Source: Bdellovibrionales bacterium
GTDB lineage: Bacteria; Bdellovibrionota; FAC87; UBA2466
DNA length: 64,000 nt
NCBI GenBank assembly: GCA_005776395.1
Contig: SXPJ01000048.1
Span: 24,211-88,210, forward strand
Direction: 5' to 3'
The translations under genes were made by a program, and so were the position numbers. How positions within the stretch are numbered: position 1 is the first letter of the stretch; every line of letters begins with the position of its first letter. Below, one piece after another: positions 38,201 through 46,660 of the stretch. The notes under the pieces were generated by a model that had not been told where the DNA came from, did no database searches, and saw nothing but the letters and a program-made list of their open reading frames with translations.

Positions 38201-38839
38201 AAAGAGACGATCGGATTTTTCGTCTCTGGCCATCCTCTTGACGATTTTTCTGAGGAACTTGAATGTTACACCACCACCTCTATCTCAGACTGTTTAACCT
38301 CTACGAGTTCTAAAGAGGTCTTTGTAGGCGTTGAAATAGTCTCTTCAAGAGAAATTATTACAAAACGCGGAGACCGAATGGCGTTTCTAACCCTCGAGGA
38401 CAAAACAGGACAGATTGATACTGTGGCCTTCTCAGATATCTATTTAGAGAACGAAACCCTCTTAAAAGCGGGAGAACCCATTTGGGTTAAAGGCCAAGTA
38501 GAGATCAATGAAGGTGGAGCTAAGCTAATTCTATCCAAAAAAGGGCACGCTAAAATCTTGCCTTTGCGTCATGCTTACGAGGCTATGGCTAAAGAGATTC
38601 ATCTCCACTTTGCAGTTGAAGAAAAAACCAATCTAAACCCTCAGACTTTAAACAAACTTCAAAACTATCTTAAAGCTATCGCTGATAAGAATGGATCTCC
38701 TCTATTTTTACATTTAAAAACCTCTAAACGCTCTGAAGCAGTGCTTCGTATGAAAGAGACTATTCCTCTTAATCGAGACACGATAAGCTTTATTAAAAAT
38801 ATTCTCCAAGAAGAAAGGATTCGACTTGAATTTAGGTAA
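35285..38839 (+). CDS. dnaE: DNA polymerase III alpha subunit
   Basis: FTHLHVHSNYSLLDS PHP domain, GPGRGSGAGSLVAY, LPDFDVDF, FNKSHAAAYS. 1184 aa. Confidence 0.95.
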   Translation: MAAEFTHLHVHSNYSLLDSTIRIEDLVKTASNDKMAALALTDHGNMFGALDFYLYAKKYGLKPILGCEVYLAPGNRFLRGNNTSGDEEVAPYSTSRSGMNHLILLVQNEIGYQNLCKLVSSGFLEGFYYKPRIDKDILKEHCEGLIATSACLKGEVSNLCLLGDMDRAREAAIFYRNLFKGNFYLELQQNGIPQQMLVNQRFQELSKELGIPLIATADCHYLTQKEAFAQEVLLAIQTGRTLEDPSAQNIASDEFYFKPQAVMKEEFSYCPEAINNTMAIAEKCTFEFKFDDEKGKKIYHFPKFDPPDGKTAEQFIIDSAKAGLDRILSEKEQIEGKKLTSEQRKKYDDRLEKELNVITSMGFIGYFLIVSDFIGYAKDHGVPVGPGRGSGAGSLVAYCLRITELDPLEHGLLFERFLNPERISLPDFDVDFCMDKRDQIIKYVVDKYGKECVAQIITYGKLQARGVIRDVGRAFGMPVSEVDKIAKLVPETVNITLDKAFEQESRLRDLTANDPKLHHLFSVCRSLEGLARHASIHAAGIVISNRPMVEHCPLYRGKNDELVIQFDMKKAEEIGLIKFDFLGLKTLTFLQSAERLVNNRYPENEFRLSHLDLANKKMYEMLSKGDTFGIFQLESSGMQDLLKKARPDCFADIVAIISLYRPGPMVMLDDFIGRKHGTIPIQYEFEELRPILQETYGIMVYQEQVQQIAMKLASYTAGGADLLRRAMGKKKPEEMAKQKTVFLEGAAKNNHDPIKAEKLFDLMANFAGYGFNKSHAAAYSVITCQTAFLKAHYPVEFYATLLSTERENTDKITKYIADAKRHHIDVLPPDINESDTDFTVLTESQIRFGLGAIKGVGQIAIDSVLEARKKGGPFTDLFDLCARGNTRTVNKRVLEAFVKAGALDSFKIHRASLFKAIDEALQMGSALQKTKDDLQPSFSDLLGPEEDSSFTHRKVSYPHETPWPRLYELKLEKETIGFFVSGHPLDDFSEELECYTTTSISDCLTSTSSKEVFVGVEIVSSREIITKRGDRMAFLTLEDKTGQIDTVAFSDIYLENETLLKAGEPIWVKGQVEINEGGAKLILSKKGHAKILPLRHAYEAMAKEIHLHFAVEEKTNLNPQTLNKLQNYLKAIADKNGSPLFLHLKTSKRSEAVLRMKETIPLNRDTISFIKNILQEERIRLEFR

Positions 38840-39947
38840 ACTGATTTTTTACAGTCTATTTTTCGTGAAACTTCTTTTTGCTGAAGGAGTTCCTTTTAAA
38901 GTTTCCTCCTCATCTCTTAATACGGCCCCCACAACCGCAGGGCAATCGATTGAAAATGGAGATCCAGAATCCACCCTTATTGATGAGCTGAAATATCTGG
39001 CAGTATCTAATTGGCTTCAAGACTACTTAAGTCAACGCTACAATCAGTTCGATAAATATGTAACCCCAGAATTCGCAGAAAAATATATTTTAGACTACAA
39101 AGTTTCTCGTACTGGAACCCCTTCAGGAGGGCTAGATCTCATAGGCCACTTAGATGGAGAGGCCCTTAAAAAATGGGTTCGTCTGGTTGATTCGAAATCG
39201 AAAGCTTCAAATCAAATCAAACCGCTATTTATCATTTCATCCCAGTTACCCGGATTAAGTATCTCACCTGGGGAGACAGCCCATAAGCTTAGAGACTCTT
39301 CTACAGCTCAGTTGCTATCTCAAATGACTCAGCAGCAACTTAATAAACTAAATGCCCATTTGAGCCCACTAGAAAGCTCTTTAAGTATAGAATCTCCGCC
39401 CAAGAACAGCTCTGAAATTCAAAGTCTTACATCACTAGCAAGAGAGCGAGGTCAGAGCCTAGTATTATGGGAATCCTTCTCTACCTGTCCCGGCTGTACC
39501 AATCCTAGATTCGACATCTTTTTGTATAATACACAAACTCAAAATATCTCTTTTGTCGTTGGAGATGACTTAGCTCTCTCTATGAAAGATTTAACAAACA
39601 CAGAACTCTTAAAGAGATCCCTTCTTCCCATTTTTCAGCAGTTTCAATCTGAACTGGAAAAAACCTTCTCCGAAGGATCCCTACAAGAAACCCCTTTCAA
39701 ACTCATTCTTGAAAATGTCGATTCCTATCGAGCTTTAAAAACTGCAGAAGCTGAACTCAGCCGTGGTAACGGTTTTAGCAGCCCCATTTTCAAAAGGGTT
39801 GGAAAAAAAACAGCCGAGTATGAAGTTAAATCTTCCCTTTCCATCGAGGAACTCGCCGTAAGAGTACAATCGACCGTACTGCCTGGTTTTAAAACCGAGG
39901 TTTCTAAAGTCGATAGTTCAACTTTAGTTGTGAGATATTCCAAATGA
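38826..39947 (+). CDS. Exported hypothetical protein
   Basis: Signal peptide. No recognisable domain. Overlaps the dnaE stop by 14 nt. Confidence 0.5.
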   Translation: MNLGKLIFYSLFFVKLLFAEGVPFKVSSSSLNTAPTTAGQSIENGDPESTLIDELKYLAVSNWLQDYLSQRYNQFDKYVTPEFAEKYILDYKVSRTGTPSGGLDLIGHLDGEALKKWVRLVDSKSKASNQIKPLFIISSQLPGLSISPGETAHKLRDSSTAQLLSQMTQQQLNKLNAHLSPLESSLSIESPPKNSSEIQSLTSLARERGQSLVLWESFSTCPGCTNPRFDIFLYNTQTQNISFVVGDDLALSMKDLTNTELLKRSLLPIFQQFQSELEKTFSEGSLQETPFKLILENVDSYRALKTAEAELSRGNGFSSPIFKRVGKKTAEYEVKSSLSIEELAVRVQSTVLPGFKTEVSKVDSSTLVVRYSK

Positions 39948-39949
39948 AT

Positions 39950-40096
39950 GCTGATTTCTGATTTCGGCATTGCGGCAACCGGCACACCGAGTTGCGGTCA
40001 AGGCACCCGGTAATTGCGCAAGAGTTTGAAGACGCTGACGTTTCCCGTATGCACCACCGCTGAATCGATTCCCGCATGGCCATTGCTGCAGCCCTA
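39950..40096 (-). pseudogene. Repeat R1 copy b with a 33-codon C-terminal remnant of a four-helix-bundle gene
   Basis: Minus-strand ...GIDSAVVHTGNVSVFKLLRNYRVP* parallels ...LDPLAASVFKLLRNCLAP* at 24100. 39950..40038 aligns with the reverse complement of 24062..24150. Confidence 0.5.
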
Positions 40097-40163
40097 GAAT
40101 CATGAGATACTTTACTAGTTAGCCTTTCTAATCTTTAACCACTTCCTAAAATAAAATATCGCT

Positions 40164-41147
40164 ATGCAATACACTCAATTTTTGTCCCTTGTTTTAGCCT
40201 TAAGTCTTCTCACTCAATGTGCGGGGCTCAACCCCTTTGGCTCCGACTCAACTGAAAAAATAGAGTCTGAAGATAAAGGCCAAGCCGAAAATTCTAATAG
40301 TCCTCCAAGGTATACCTGGGAAATAAATGAATCTTTAAAAAATTCTCTTAAGAAAAAAATTGTGGTTTTAAACTTCCACAACAAGACCCAATTCGGCGGA
40401 AAAGAGCTGGGAGAGTATGCGGCTAGTACCGTTCAAGACACCATTTCAAAAATGCCCGAATTTGTCATCGTAACCCAAGAGGAGATCAACCCTGACGAAG
40501 CCATTATTTTTGAGGATGGCAAATACAACATGAAACAGGTTTTTGAAAGGGCTCGCGCTCGAGGGGTTTCGGCTGTGGTGATGGGTTCAATCGATGATGT
40601 TAAGATTCAAGAAAAAGGGGATGAGATTGGTTTGTTCCGAACTCGCTACCACTCGGTCACTGCAAAAATTAAGTTCCAACTTCATGACGCCACTAATGAA
40701 AAGATCTTAGTTTCCAAAGATTCTACCGCAGAAGTTATTGAGGAACACACTCGATTTCTAGCTAGCCGTACGATTGAAAGCTATGATGCCTCTCGAGCCG
40801 AAGGAGCTGTCTCAAAAGCTATTAATAAAGTCCTTCCCCTCTTCTCTCAGTACGCTAAAAGAATCTCGTGGGTAGGTAAAATTGTAAAAATCGAAATGAA
40901 CCGTTTCTTTATTAATGCCGGAGAGCCTACTGGAATCACCCAAGGACAGCTTCTTAAGGTATTTGGCTCGAGTGAACCTATTATTGATGATGAATCTCAA
41001 CAATTACTCGGAATGGCCCCCGGACGTTTCAAAGGTATTTTGAAAGTAGTAGACTACTTTGGAAATGATGGAGCTGTCGCCATTGTTCACGCCGGTGCAG
41101 GTTTTCAGGAAAAAGACAGAGTTGAAATCTACAGCCCTCCGCACTAA
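40164..41147 (+). CDS. Lipoprotein (CsgG/LpoB-like fold suggested; tentative)
   Basis: Lipobox LLTQC. KKIVVLNFHNKTQ...VQDTISKMPEFVIVTQEEIN resembles the iAVl.F.N.t ... R..l..il.E pattern. Confidence 0.45.
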   Translation: MQYTQFLSLVLALSLLTQCAGLNPFGSDSTEKIESEDKGQAENSNSPPRYTWEINESLKNSLKKKIVVLNFHNKTQFGGKELGEYAASTVQDTISKMPEFVIVTQEEINPDEAIIFEDGKYNMKQVFERARARGVSAVVMGSIDDVKIQEKGDEIGLFRTRYHSVTAKIKFQLHDATNEKILVSKDSTAEVIEEHTRFLASRTIESYDASRAEGAVSKAINKVLPLFSQYAKRISWVGKIVKIEMNRFFINAGEPTGITQGQLLKVFGSSEPIIDDESQQLLGMAPGRFKGILKVVDYFGNDGAVAIVHAGAGFQEKDRVEIYSPPH

Positions 41148-41184
41148 AAGTATTCCACTCTAGCTCCTCTTTACAACTCATGTT

Positions 41185-41856
41185 ATGAGAATTCTCATGA
41201 CGTGGAATTTTATCTTTCACCAAAATATCTCTTGGGATGATTTAGAGGCTAAACAGCAAGAGCTCATTCAACAGGTCCAAAGTCATAAAAACGAGGCCTA
41301 CCTTCTCATCTCAGAGCCCTCTCCTACTTTTACTTACGGTCGAAATTCTAATCCTCAGGAGCTTTTGTGGTCGAAATCGGAGCTTAAAAACAAGCAAGTT
41401 CAAGTGGCTTCAGTAACCCGAGGTGGAAAATGGACCTACCATGGCCCTGGACAGATCTTAATTTATCCGATTCTTCATTTACCTAGCTGGGGATATTCCT
41501 CCAAGTCGGTCCGAGCCTTTCTCGAAGATTTTAGGACGGCGATTCGAGAGGCCTTAGAAAAATTGGGTTGTAAAAACCTGCAACCTCAAGAGCCTTTTGG
41601 TCTCTATATCGACAATAAAAAACTAGTGTCATTTGGACTGGCCTTTGAAAGAACCATCTCCTCTCATGGAATGGCTCTTTATTACAGTGACCAATCTCAG
41701 TTTTTTTCTGGAATCACTCCCTGTGGAGTCACTCACGGTAGCACGACCGATTTAAAAGAAAAACTCCCTCAAGAAACCTCATGGAACTCCGTGGCAAACA
41801 TTGTCGCAGAGGCCATAAAAAATAGTTTAAGTTTAAGATTAACTCAGGTACTCTAA
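41185..41856 (+). CDS. lipB: Octanoyltransferase (lipoate-protein ligase B)
   Basis: RGGKWTYHGPGQILIYPILHL matches the LipB core RGG.vTYHGPGQ.v.Y. Confidence 0.85.
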   Translation: MRILMTWNFIFHQNISWDDLEAKQQELIQQVQSHKNEAYLLISEPSPTFTYGRNSNPQELLWSKSELKNKQVQVASVTRGGKWTYHGPGQILIYPILHLPSWGYSSKSVRAFLEDFRTAIREALEKLGCKNLQPQEPFGLYIDNKKLVSFGLAFERTISSHGMALYYSDQSQFFSGITPCGVTHGSTTDLKEKLPQETSWNSVANIVAEAIKNSLSLRLTQVL

Positions 41857-41895
41857 GCCCTGCATTTTAATGCCTTTTATTTTTAGGAGACATAC

Positions 41896-42975
41896 ATGTT
41901 AAAACAAAACTGTAGTGAAAATTCACTCAAAATTAATAACAAAGGCAATATCACTATTTACTCTTTATGTGGGGTAGTCGGTATTGTCGTCGGTATTTTA
42001 GCAGGAATGGCCTTTTCAGGCGGGATGGGATCTTCAGGTGAGAATCCTGTCATTGCCGAATACAATGGAAAATCGGTTCGTTCCTCGGAAGTTTTCACCC
42101 AAGTTAAAACAAGATTATTCGAACTTGAAGAAGAGGTTTATCGTACTAAAGAACAGGCCATCAGAGAGTTTGTCGAACAGAGACTTTTGGATGATGAGGC
42201 CAAAAAAGCCAATCTGAAGATTGAAGAGCTTCTTGATAAACAGGCCGGGGGGGCTGTTGCAGAGGTCGCCGATAAAGATATCGAAGCCTTTTTAGCTTCG
42301 AAGGGATTAAGCTTAAAAGATCCCCGAATCAAAAAAGATGATGTTCGAGAATACTTAAAATACCGTCAGAAATTTGAAAAACGACAAGGTTATGTTGAAA
42401 AACTTCGCGAAAGTGCGAAGCTCAAGATTCTTATTAAAGAACCTGAATCTCCAAAATTAACCGTGAGTACGGACGGGCATCCTTCATGGGGAAATGCTAA
42501 AGCCCCTGTCACAGTGGTCGAATTCTCTGACTTCCAATGTCCGTTCTGCTCAAGAGCGGTACCTGTTATCGACCGCATCAAGAAAGAATTTGGACCAGAG
42601 AAGGTTCGCATTGTATTCCGCGATATGCCTCTACCTAATCACAACCGAGCTCTTCCAGCTAGCTTAGCGGCTCGTTGTGCTAATGAGCAGGGTAAATTCT
42701 GGGAAATGCACAATGCTTTGTTTGAAAATCAACAGAAGTTAGAAGACAAAGACTTGAAAGAATATGCCAAAACAGTTGGATTGGATTTACCTAAGTTCAA
42801 TGATTGCTTCGACAATAAAAAGTATGTGGCCGATCTTGAAAAAAGCCGATCCGAAGCTGAGAAGGTTGGAATTACTGCAACTCCTTCTTTCTTAATTAAC
42901 GGAGTTCTATTGCAAGGCGCTCAACCCTTTGAAAAATTCAAAGAAAAAATTGATCGCGCTGCTAAACAGGGCTAA
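41896..42975 (+). CDS. DsbA-family thiol:disulfide oxidoreductase with N-terminal membrane anchor
   Basis: FSDFQCPFCSRAVP (CxxC thioredoxin active site), TPSFLINGVLLQGAQP. Confidence 0.75.
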   Translation: MLKQNCSENSLKINNKGNITIYSLCGVVGIVVGILAGMAFSGGMGSSGENPVIAEYNGKSVRSSEVFTQVKTRLFELEEEVYRTKEQAIREFVEQRLLDDEAKKANLKIEELLDKQAGGAVAEVADKDIEAFLASKGLSLKDPRIKKDDVREYLKYRQKFEKRQGYVEKLRESAKLKILIKEPESPKLTVSTDGHPSWGNAKAPVTVVEFSDFQCPFCSRAVPVIDRIKKEFGPEKVRIVFRDMPLPNHNRALPASLAARCANEQGKFWEMHNALFENQQKLEDKDLKEYAKTVGLDLPKFNDCFDNKKYVADLEKSRSEAEKVGITATPSFLINGVLLQGAQPFEKFKEKIDRAAKQG

Positions 42976-42991
42976 GTCTTAAAAAATTAAA

Positions 42992-43028
42992 AGGCCTGCT
43001 TACTCTTCAGTAAGCAGGCCTTTTTTTA
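42992..43028. terminator. Bidirectional rho-independent terminator
   Basis: GGCCTGCTTACT-CTTC-AGTAAGCAGGCC perfect 12-bp stem followed by TTTTTTTAT. Confidence 0.65.
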
Positions 43029-43072
43029 TGCCTAAAATAACCTCATCCGTATTTCACACAAACTGCTTTACA

Positions 43073-43834
43073 CTACTCACATACCCTACCACCTGCGATT
43101 GCAGTAACCATTCTCATCACACCGGCGTTATGGCGCATTGTTCTAACTGTATGGCAACCATTCATAATGGCAGGTATTTGGCATTCCAAAGGGAAATTTA
43201 GAACGGGGTCCATTGATATCAAGCCTATCCTGAACATCGTGCTCGTCGCCTCATTAGAATCTCGAATCGCTTCTTGAGCTTCTTGACCCCCTTGAGTTAA
43301 TAGACCCCTAAAGCCGTTCTGCAATCCGGCATTTACAATCCTCGTTATTCCACCTACCGCTCTTTCGCGGGGATTCAGAAAAGATTTCTTGGCCCCACCT
43401 AAACTCGTGGAAAAACTCAAGTTCATACTGCCCACAGCCGGAACAGTCCCGCCCCCGAGAGAAACCCCCAACTTAGAAGAATCGCAACCTGTCAAAATAT
43501 CGCCAATTTTTTTGAACACCTGCGAGTAGACTGTGGCGTGCGCCTTTGCCACAGGCGTTGCATTGATATCATTCTTAATCGTATCAAGTCTTCTTACGAG
43601 AGTATTAATCAATGCTCTGGAATCGACCGGCTGTGGAGCGAGAGCGTTGACTGGCATCTGAACCCTGGCGACCTCTCTTATCGTATGGAGGGCTAAATTA
43701 GCTGTAACGTTTGCCCCCTCAAAAAGTGACCTGGTCAGATCAAAAAGGGATTGGACGGCGGCAACCTGCCCTGGCTGACGATTGCCTCCCAGGACATCCT
43801 GTACGACATTCCTAATGAAGTTGATTCTATCCAC
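43073..43834 (-). CDS. Hypothetical protein, GC-rich (~50%), no signal peptide, no recognisable domain
   Basis: 253-aa ORF, compositionally distinct from its neighbours. Confidence 0.5.
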   Translation of the reverse strand: MDRINFIRNVVQDVLGGNRQPGQVAAVQSLFDLTRSLFEGANVTANLALHTIREVARVQMPVNALAPQPVDSRALINTLVRRLDTIKNDINATPVAKAHATVYSQVFKKIGDILTGCDSSKLGVSLGGGTVPAVGSMNLSFSTSLGGAKKSFLNPRERAVGGITRIVNAGLQNGFRGLLTQGGQEAQEAIRDSNEATSTMFRIGLISMDPVLNFPLECQIPAIMNGCHTVRTMRHNAGVMRMVTAIAGGRVCE

Positions 43835-43917
43835 ATCTTGCCCAAAGGCCGGCAGCGCTCCCGCCCTAAGAATGATAAAATTGAACGGCCAATTCGTAAC
43901 ATCACCACCAAGATTTA

Positions 43918-43982
43918 TTTTCTTTCCTTTAAAAAATTAGTTTCCGCCCTTGGTGAAAACTAATTTTTTAAAGGAAAGAAAA
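43918..43982. promoter_or_regulatory. Perfect 23-bp inverted repeat with 19-nt spacer (operator-like palindrome)
   Basis: ttttctttcctttaaaaaattag - 19 nt - ctaattttttaaaggaaagaaaa, in a divergent promoter region. Confidence 0.5.
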
Positions 43983-44131
43983 TGAATGATTTTAGAACTT
44001 ACGAATTAGCCGTTCAATTTTATCGCTTGGTTTCGAAATTTAAAGTGCCCTGTCATCTGAAGGGGCAATTGCAATGGGCCGCTTCAAACGAGTTCTTAAA
44101 AAAGATTCACTCTCCTTATCCGAATTAACAC
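43982..44131 (+). pseudogene. N-terminal fragment (49 codons) of a four-helix-bundle (PF05635 / Avd-like) gene
   Basis: MNDFRTYELAVQFYRLVSKFKVPCHLKGQLQWAASNEFL... follows the PF05635 N-terminal helix pair (QlrRAa.SI.NIAEG region), then stops. Confidence 0.45.
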
Positions 44132-44257
44132 AGTCAACGCAACACTAAGAAAATAGAAAAGGGCTAACAAAAGGTCCATAATTCTATCCCTAACGACCAA
44201 GCTAGGAGTGAATAATGGGATACCTTAGGCTAACCCATGTCAGAATAAAAGAGGGTT

Positions 44258-44316
44258 AGATCTCCAGCACAAAAAAACCATTGCGAATGGTGGCGAGCAT
44301 AGGCTTAGCAATATTA
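44258..44316. repeat. Repeat R2, copy b
   Basis: See 34310..34368. One frame encodes RMVASIGLAIL, a degenerate RAAvSIPlNIAEG-like peptide. Confidence 0.7.
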
Positions 44317-44539
44317 CAACCCTCTGCCGACAACATCACAGACTCCTTCATCAAAAAATATTTTAGCAGAGGGAGAACCCGATACAAAAATTATGACCGA
44401 TTTGAAGAGGGGCACCGACTCTAAAAAAACAGGGGCCGTAGCTTTGCGAAGAAAACGTAGGACTGACAAGCCGTTACACAACTATTTATGAACTGAAATC
44501 AATTGGCGAGTCAGGAACTCAATCCTGCACTTTTAAGAG

Positions 44540-46495
44540 TCAGGGCAAATCCAGACTTGGATTTTTCGTAAAAAATCCCCCAGGCAAAAGCTTAAAGCCC
44601 AAATGAGCCACCGGCATAATAGGCCATTCTTCTGGTCGAGGCACATGAGTTATTCCTACTGTATACCAGGTCACGAGATCCTGATTTACAATCGACTCAT
44701 CGTTAGAGGCCCACTGTTTTAAGCCATAGCCCAATTTATTTTGGTTAATAAAGTCCCCCGCTGAATAGATCTCATCAGGATGATATTGAGTCGTCCAAAA
44801 ATGATAATCAATAAAACCGGCTCGCTTTCTCACTCCAGATTCAGCTCGAGAGTAAGGAATCGTGTTGTCTTCAGGGATTAAGATATAACCAGGTTGATAT
44901 CCTAAACTGCTTCTAAGATTCGGATTAAATACCCTCCACTTTCTTGCCTCCTCTAAACTCATATTACGGCAAGATTCCCCCTCTTTTTTAAAGACAACCT
45001 CTTCCATCTGAATTGCATTATTAAAGGGATTATCTTTCCCTTTTTCAACACTACGCGTGTTGATCTCCATGACAGAATTTTTCTCTCCATCGATATCAAA
45101 ATCGAGACGAAAATTAAAAAAATGCTGATGATGAGGAGCCACCACATTAGGAGCTACTAAATGGCCATAGTGCCCCCCCTCGTGAAGTTTGGGATCTTGC
45201 AAGTTCTTCGCATCGACCCCTTTAGGTAACATAATTCCACTAAGATCTAGCTCCTGTCGAATGCCCCCCTCTTGGCCAAAGATCCACTTAAACGCATAAT
45301 CGTAATTACCCACTGCAGTCGTGAAGGTAATGATCAATTCTCTAGCCCTACGAACCTCATTTTTATCGGAATAGATGTCCCAGTGTTTCCAGATCATCCC
45401 TCCATCTCTCTCATAAATACCAACTACATTCTTTCTTTCGTAGGGCTTTCCATTGTCATTACTAAAAGTCGCATTAAAAAGTTCTCCGTTATCAGGAATG
45501 TCCTTCCCCTTTTCTAAAGGTGCAGCTAAACGTCCAATACCATATTCACCTGCATCAAAGGCATTTCTCCAAGCCCAATTCCCATCAGGATCTCCATAGG
45601 GAACTACCATTTCAGAGACCGAAGCCCGATAAAGAACGGGACGAATTTTTCCTTGATCTTCATATCCAATATCGTAGAGAACTAGCCCCTCTCTTGGATG
45701 CAGAGACCAACGGAAATGCCACTTCTGCCAAATAATCTCATTTCCATTCTTTTTGTAACTCGCCCCCTTGGGCTGAGAGATCTTTAAAGGCTTAATATCT
45801 TTTCTTGTGGGGCTTTGAGATTTTGCATCGAACTGTTCCGATTTTTCAGCAATCTGAACGACTCCAGTATCTATGACCTCAAGCACCTTTTCTGCATTCA
45901 TATCGACGAGCACAATGACCCCCTCGATAGGTCGACCATAGAAATTCATATCCTTTTCTTTAACATAGGAAATCGCTCGAAGGAGACGTCGTCCGTCATC
46001 AAAATCCTTATTGATGAGATGTCCTGCGGCCCAGGCATCGATCTGAATTTTTGAAAAATCGGTGATGCCTCTTTTTTTCATTGCCTCTTGCCAGCGAACA
46101 TCTTTGTTCACTATCACTGGCAGCTTTTCGTACTCATCTAGAAGCACCATGGGTTGAGCCTTTTTTTCCTCTTTCCATAAAAGTAAACTCTGCTTTTTTA
46201 AATCACACACCACCTGAAAAGTTTGGTTACTCTTTTTTTCAAAAACCCAAATCAAGGCCTCCCGACGAAAGGTTTTCCCAGGGCTAAAAGCTCTCACCTC
46301 TTCTTTAGGAGGTTCATTTAAAACGATAAGGGGAAACATCCCCTCTTTAGGAAATTGCGGGGATGTTCTGGCGCATTTTCCAGCCAGTTCAAGTTCCTTC
46401 TTATTTAAGGGCTCTAAAGGATGATTCGCGGCCCTAAGCGACACTGCAAAAAAAACAGCCAAAACAATCAAATTAAATTTCATTTTTATCCTCAA
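44540..46495 (-). CDS. Copper amine oxidase (topaquinone enzyme)
   Basis: TTAVGNYDYAFKWIF contains the TPQ consensus N-Y-D-Y. Conserved HHQH copper-ligand region. Signal peptide. Confidence 0.85.
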   Translation of the reverse strand: MRIKMKFNLIVLAVFFAVSLRAANHPLEPLNKKELELAGKCARTSPQFPKEGMFPLIVLNEPPKEEVRAFSPGKTFRREALIWVFEKKSNQTFQVVCDLKKQSLLLWKEEKKAQPMVLLDEYEKLPVIVNKDVRWQEAMKKRGITDFSKIQIDAWAAGHLINKDFDDGRRLLRAISYVKEKDMNFYGRPIEGVIVLVDMNAEKVLEVIDTGVVQIAEKSEQFDAKSQSPTRKDIKPLKISQPKGASYKKNGNEIIWQKWHFRWSLHPREGLVLYDIGYEDQGKIRPVLYRASVSEMVVPYGDPDGNWAWRNAFDAGEYGIGRLAAPLEKGKDIPDNGELFNATFSNDNGKPYERKNVVGIYERDGGMIWKHWDIYSDKNEVRRARELIITFTTAVGNYDYAFKWIFGQEGGIRQELDLSGIMLPKGVDAKNLQDPKLHEGGHYGHLVAPNVVAPHHQHFFNFRLDFDIDGEKNSVMEINTRSVEKGKDNPFNNAIQMEEVVFKKEGESCRNMSLEEARKWRVFNPNLRSSLGYQPGYILIPEDNTIPYSRAESGVRKRAGFIDYHFWTTQYHPDEIYSAGDFINQNKLGYGLKQWASNDESIVNQDLVTWYTVGITHVPRPEEWPIMPVAHLGFKLLPGGFFTKNPSLDLP

Positions 46496-46660
46496 AGAAA
46501 GTCATGAACGTACTTATAAACTACTTAGTAACCTACTTTCTCTTTTTCATCTTTTCAAATCCTTAAATCTAATGCAATGGGTTAGCTCTCGTATTTTCTC
46601 TGAAACTCTCTTTACCAACTAAACTTTGAGTGTTGAAATGGGCGCATCTATAGAGTTCAG

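Noticed and set aside
39725-39985. 86-aa minus-strand ORF
   Set aside because: It is antisense within the 38826..39947 gene and runs into repeat R1.
43751-43963. 70-aa plus-strand ORF
   Set aside because: It overlaps the 5' end of the 43073..43834 gene in antisense and then runs across the 23-bp palindrome. No coding signal.
44566-44585. Hairpin GGATTTTT-CGTA-AAAAATCC resembling a terminator
   Set aside because: It lies inside the C-terminal coding region of the amine oxidase (the stop is at 44540), not downstream of it.
44959-46287. Short ORFs on both strands within 44540..46495
   Set aside because: They are nested in or antisense to the well-supported copper amine oxidase gene.
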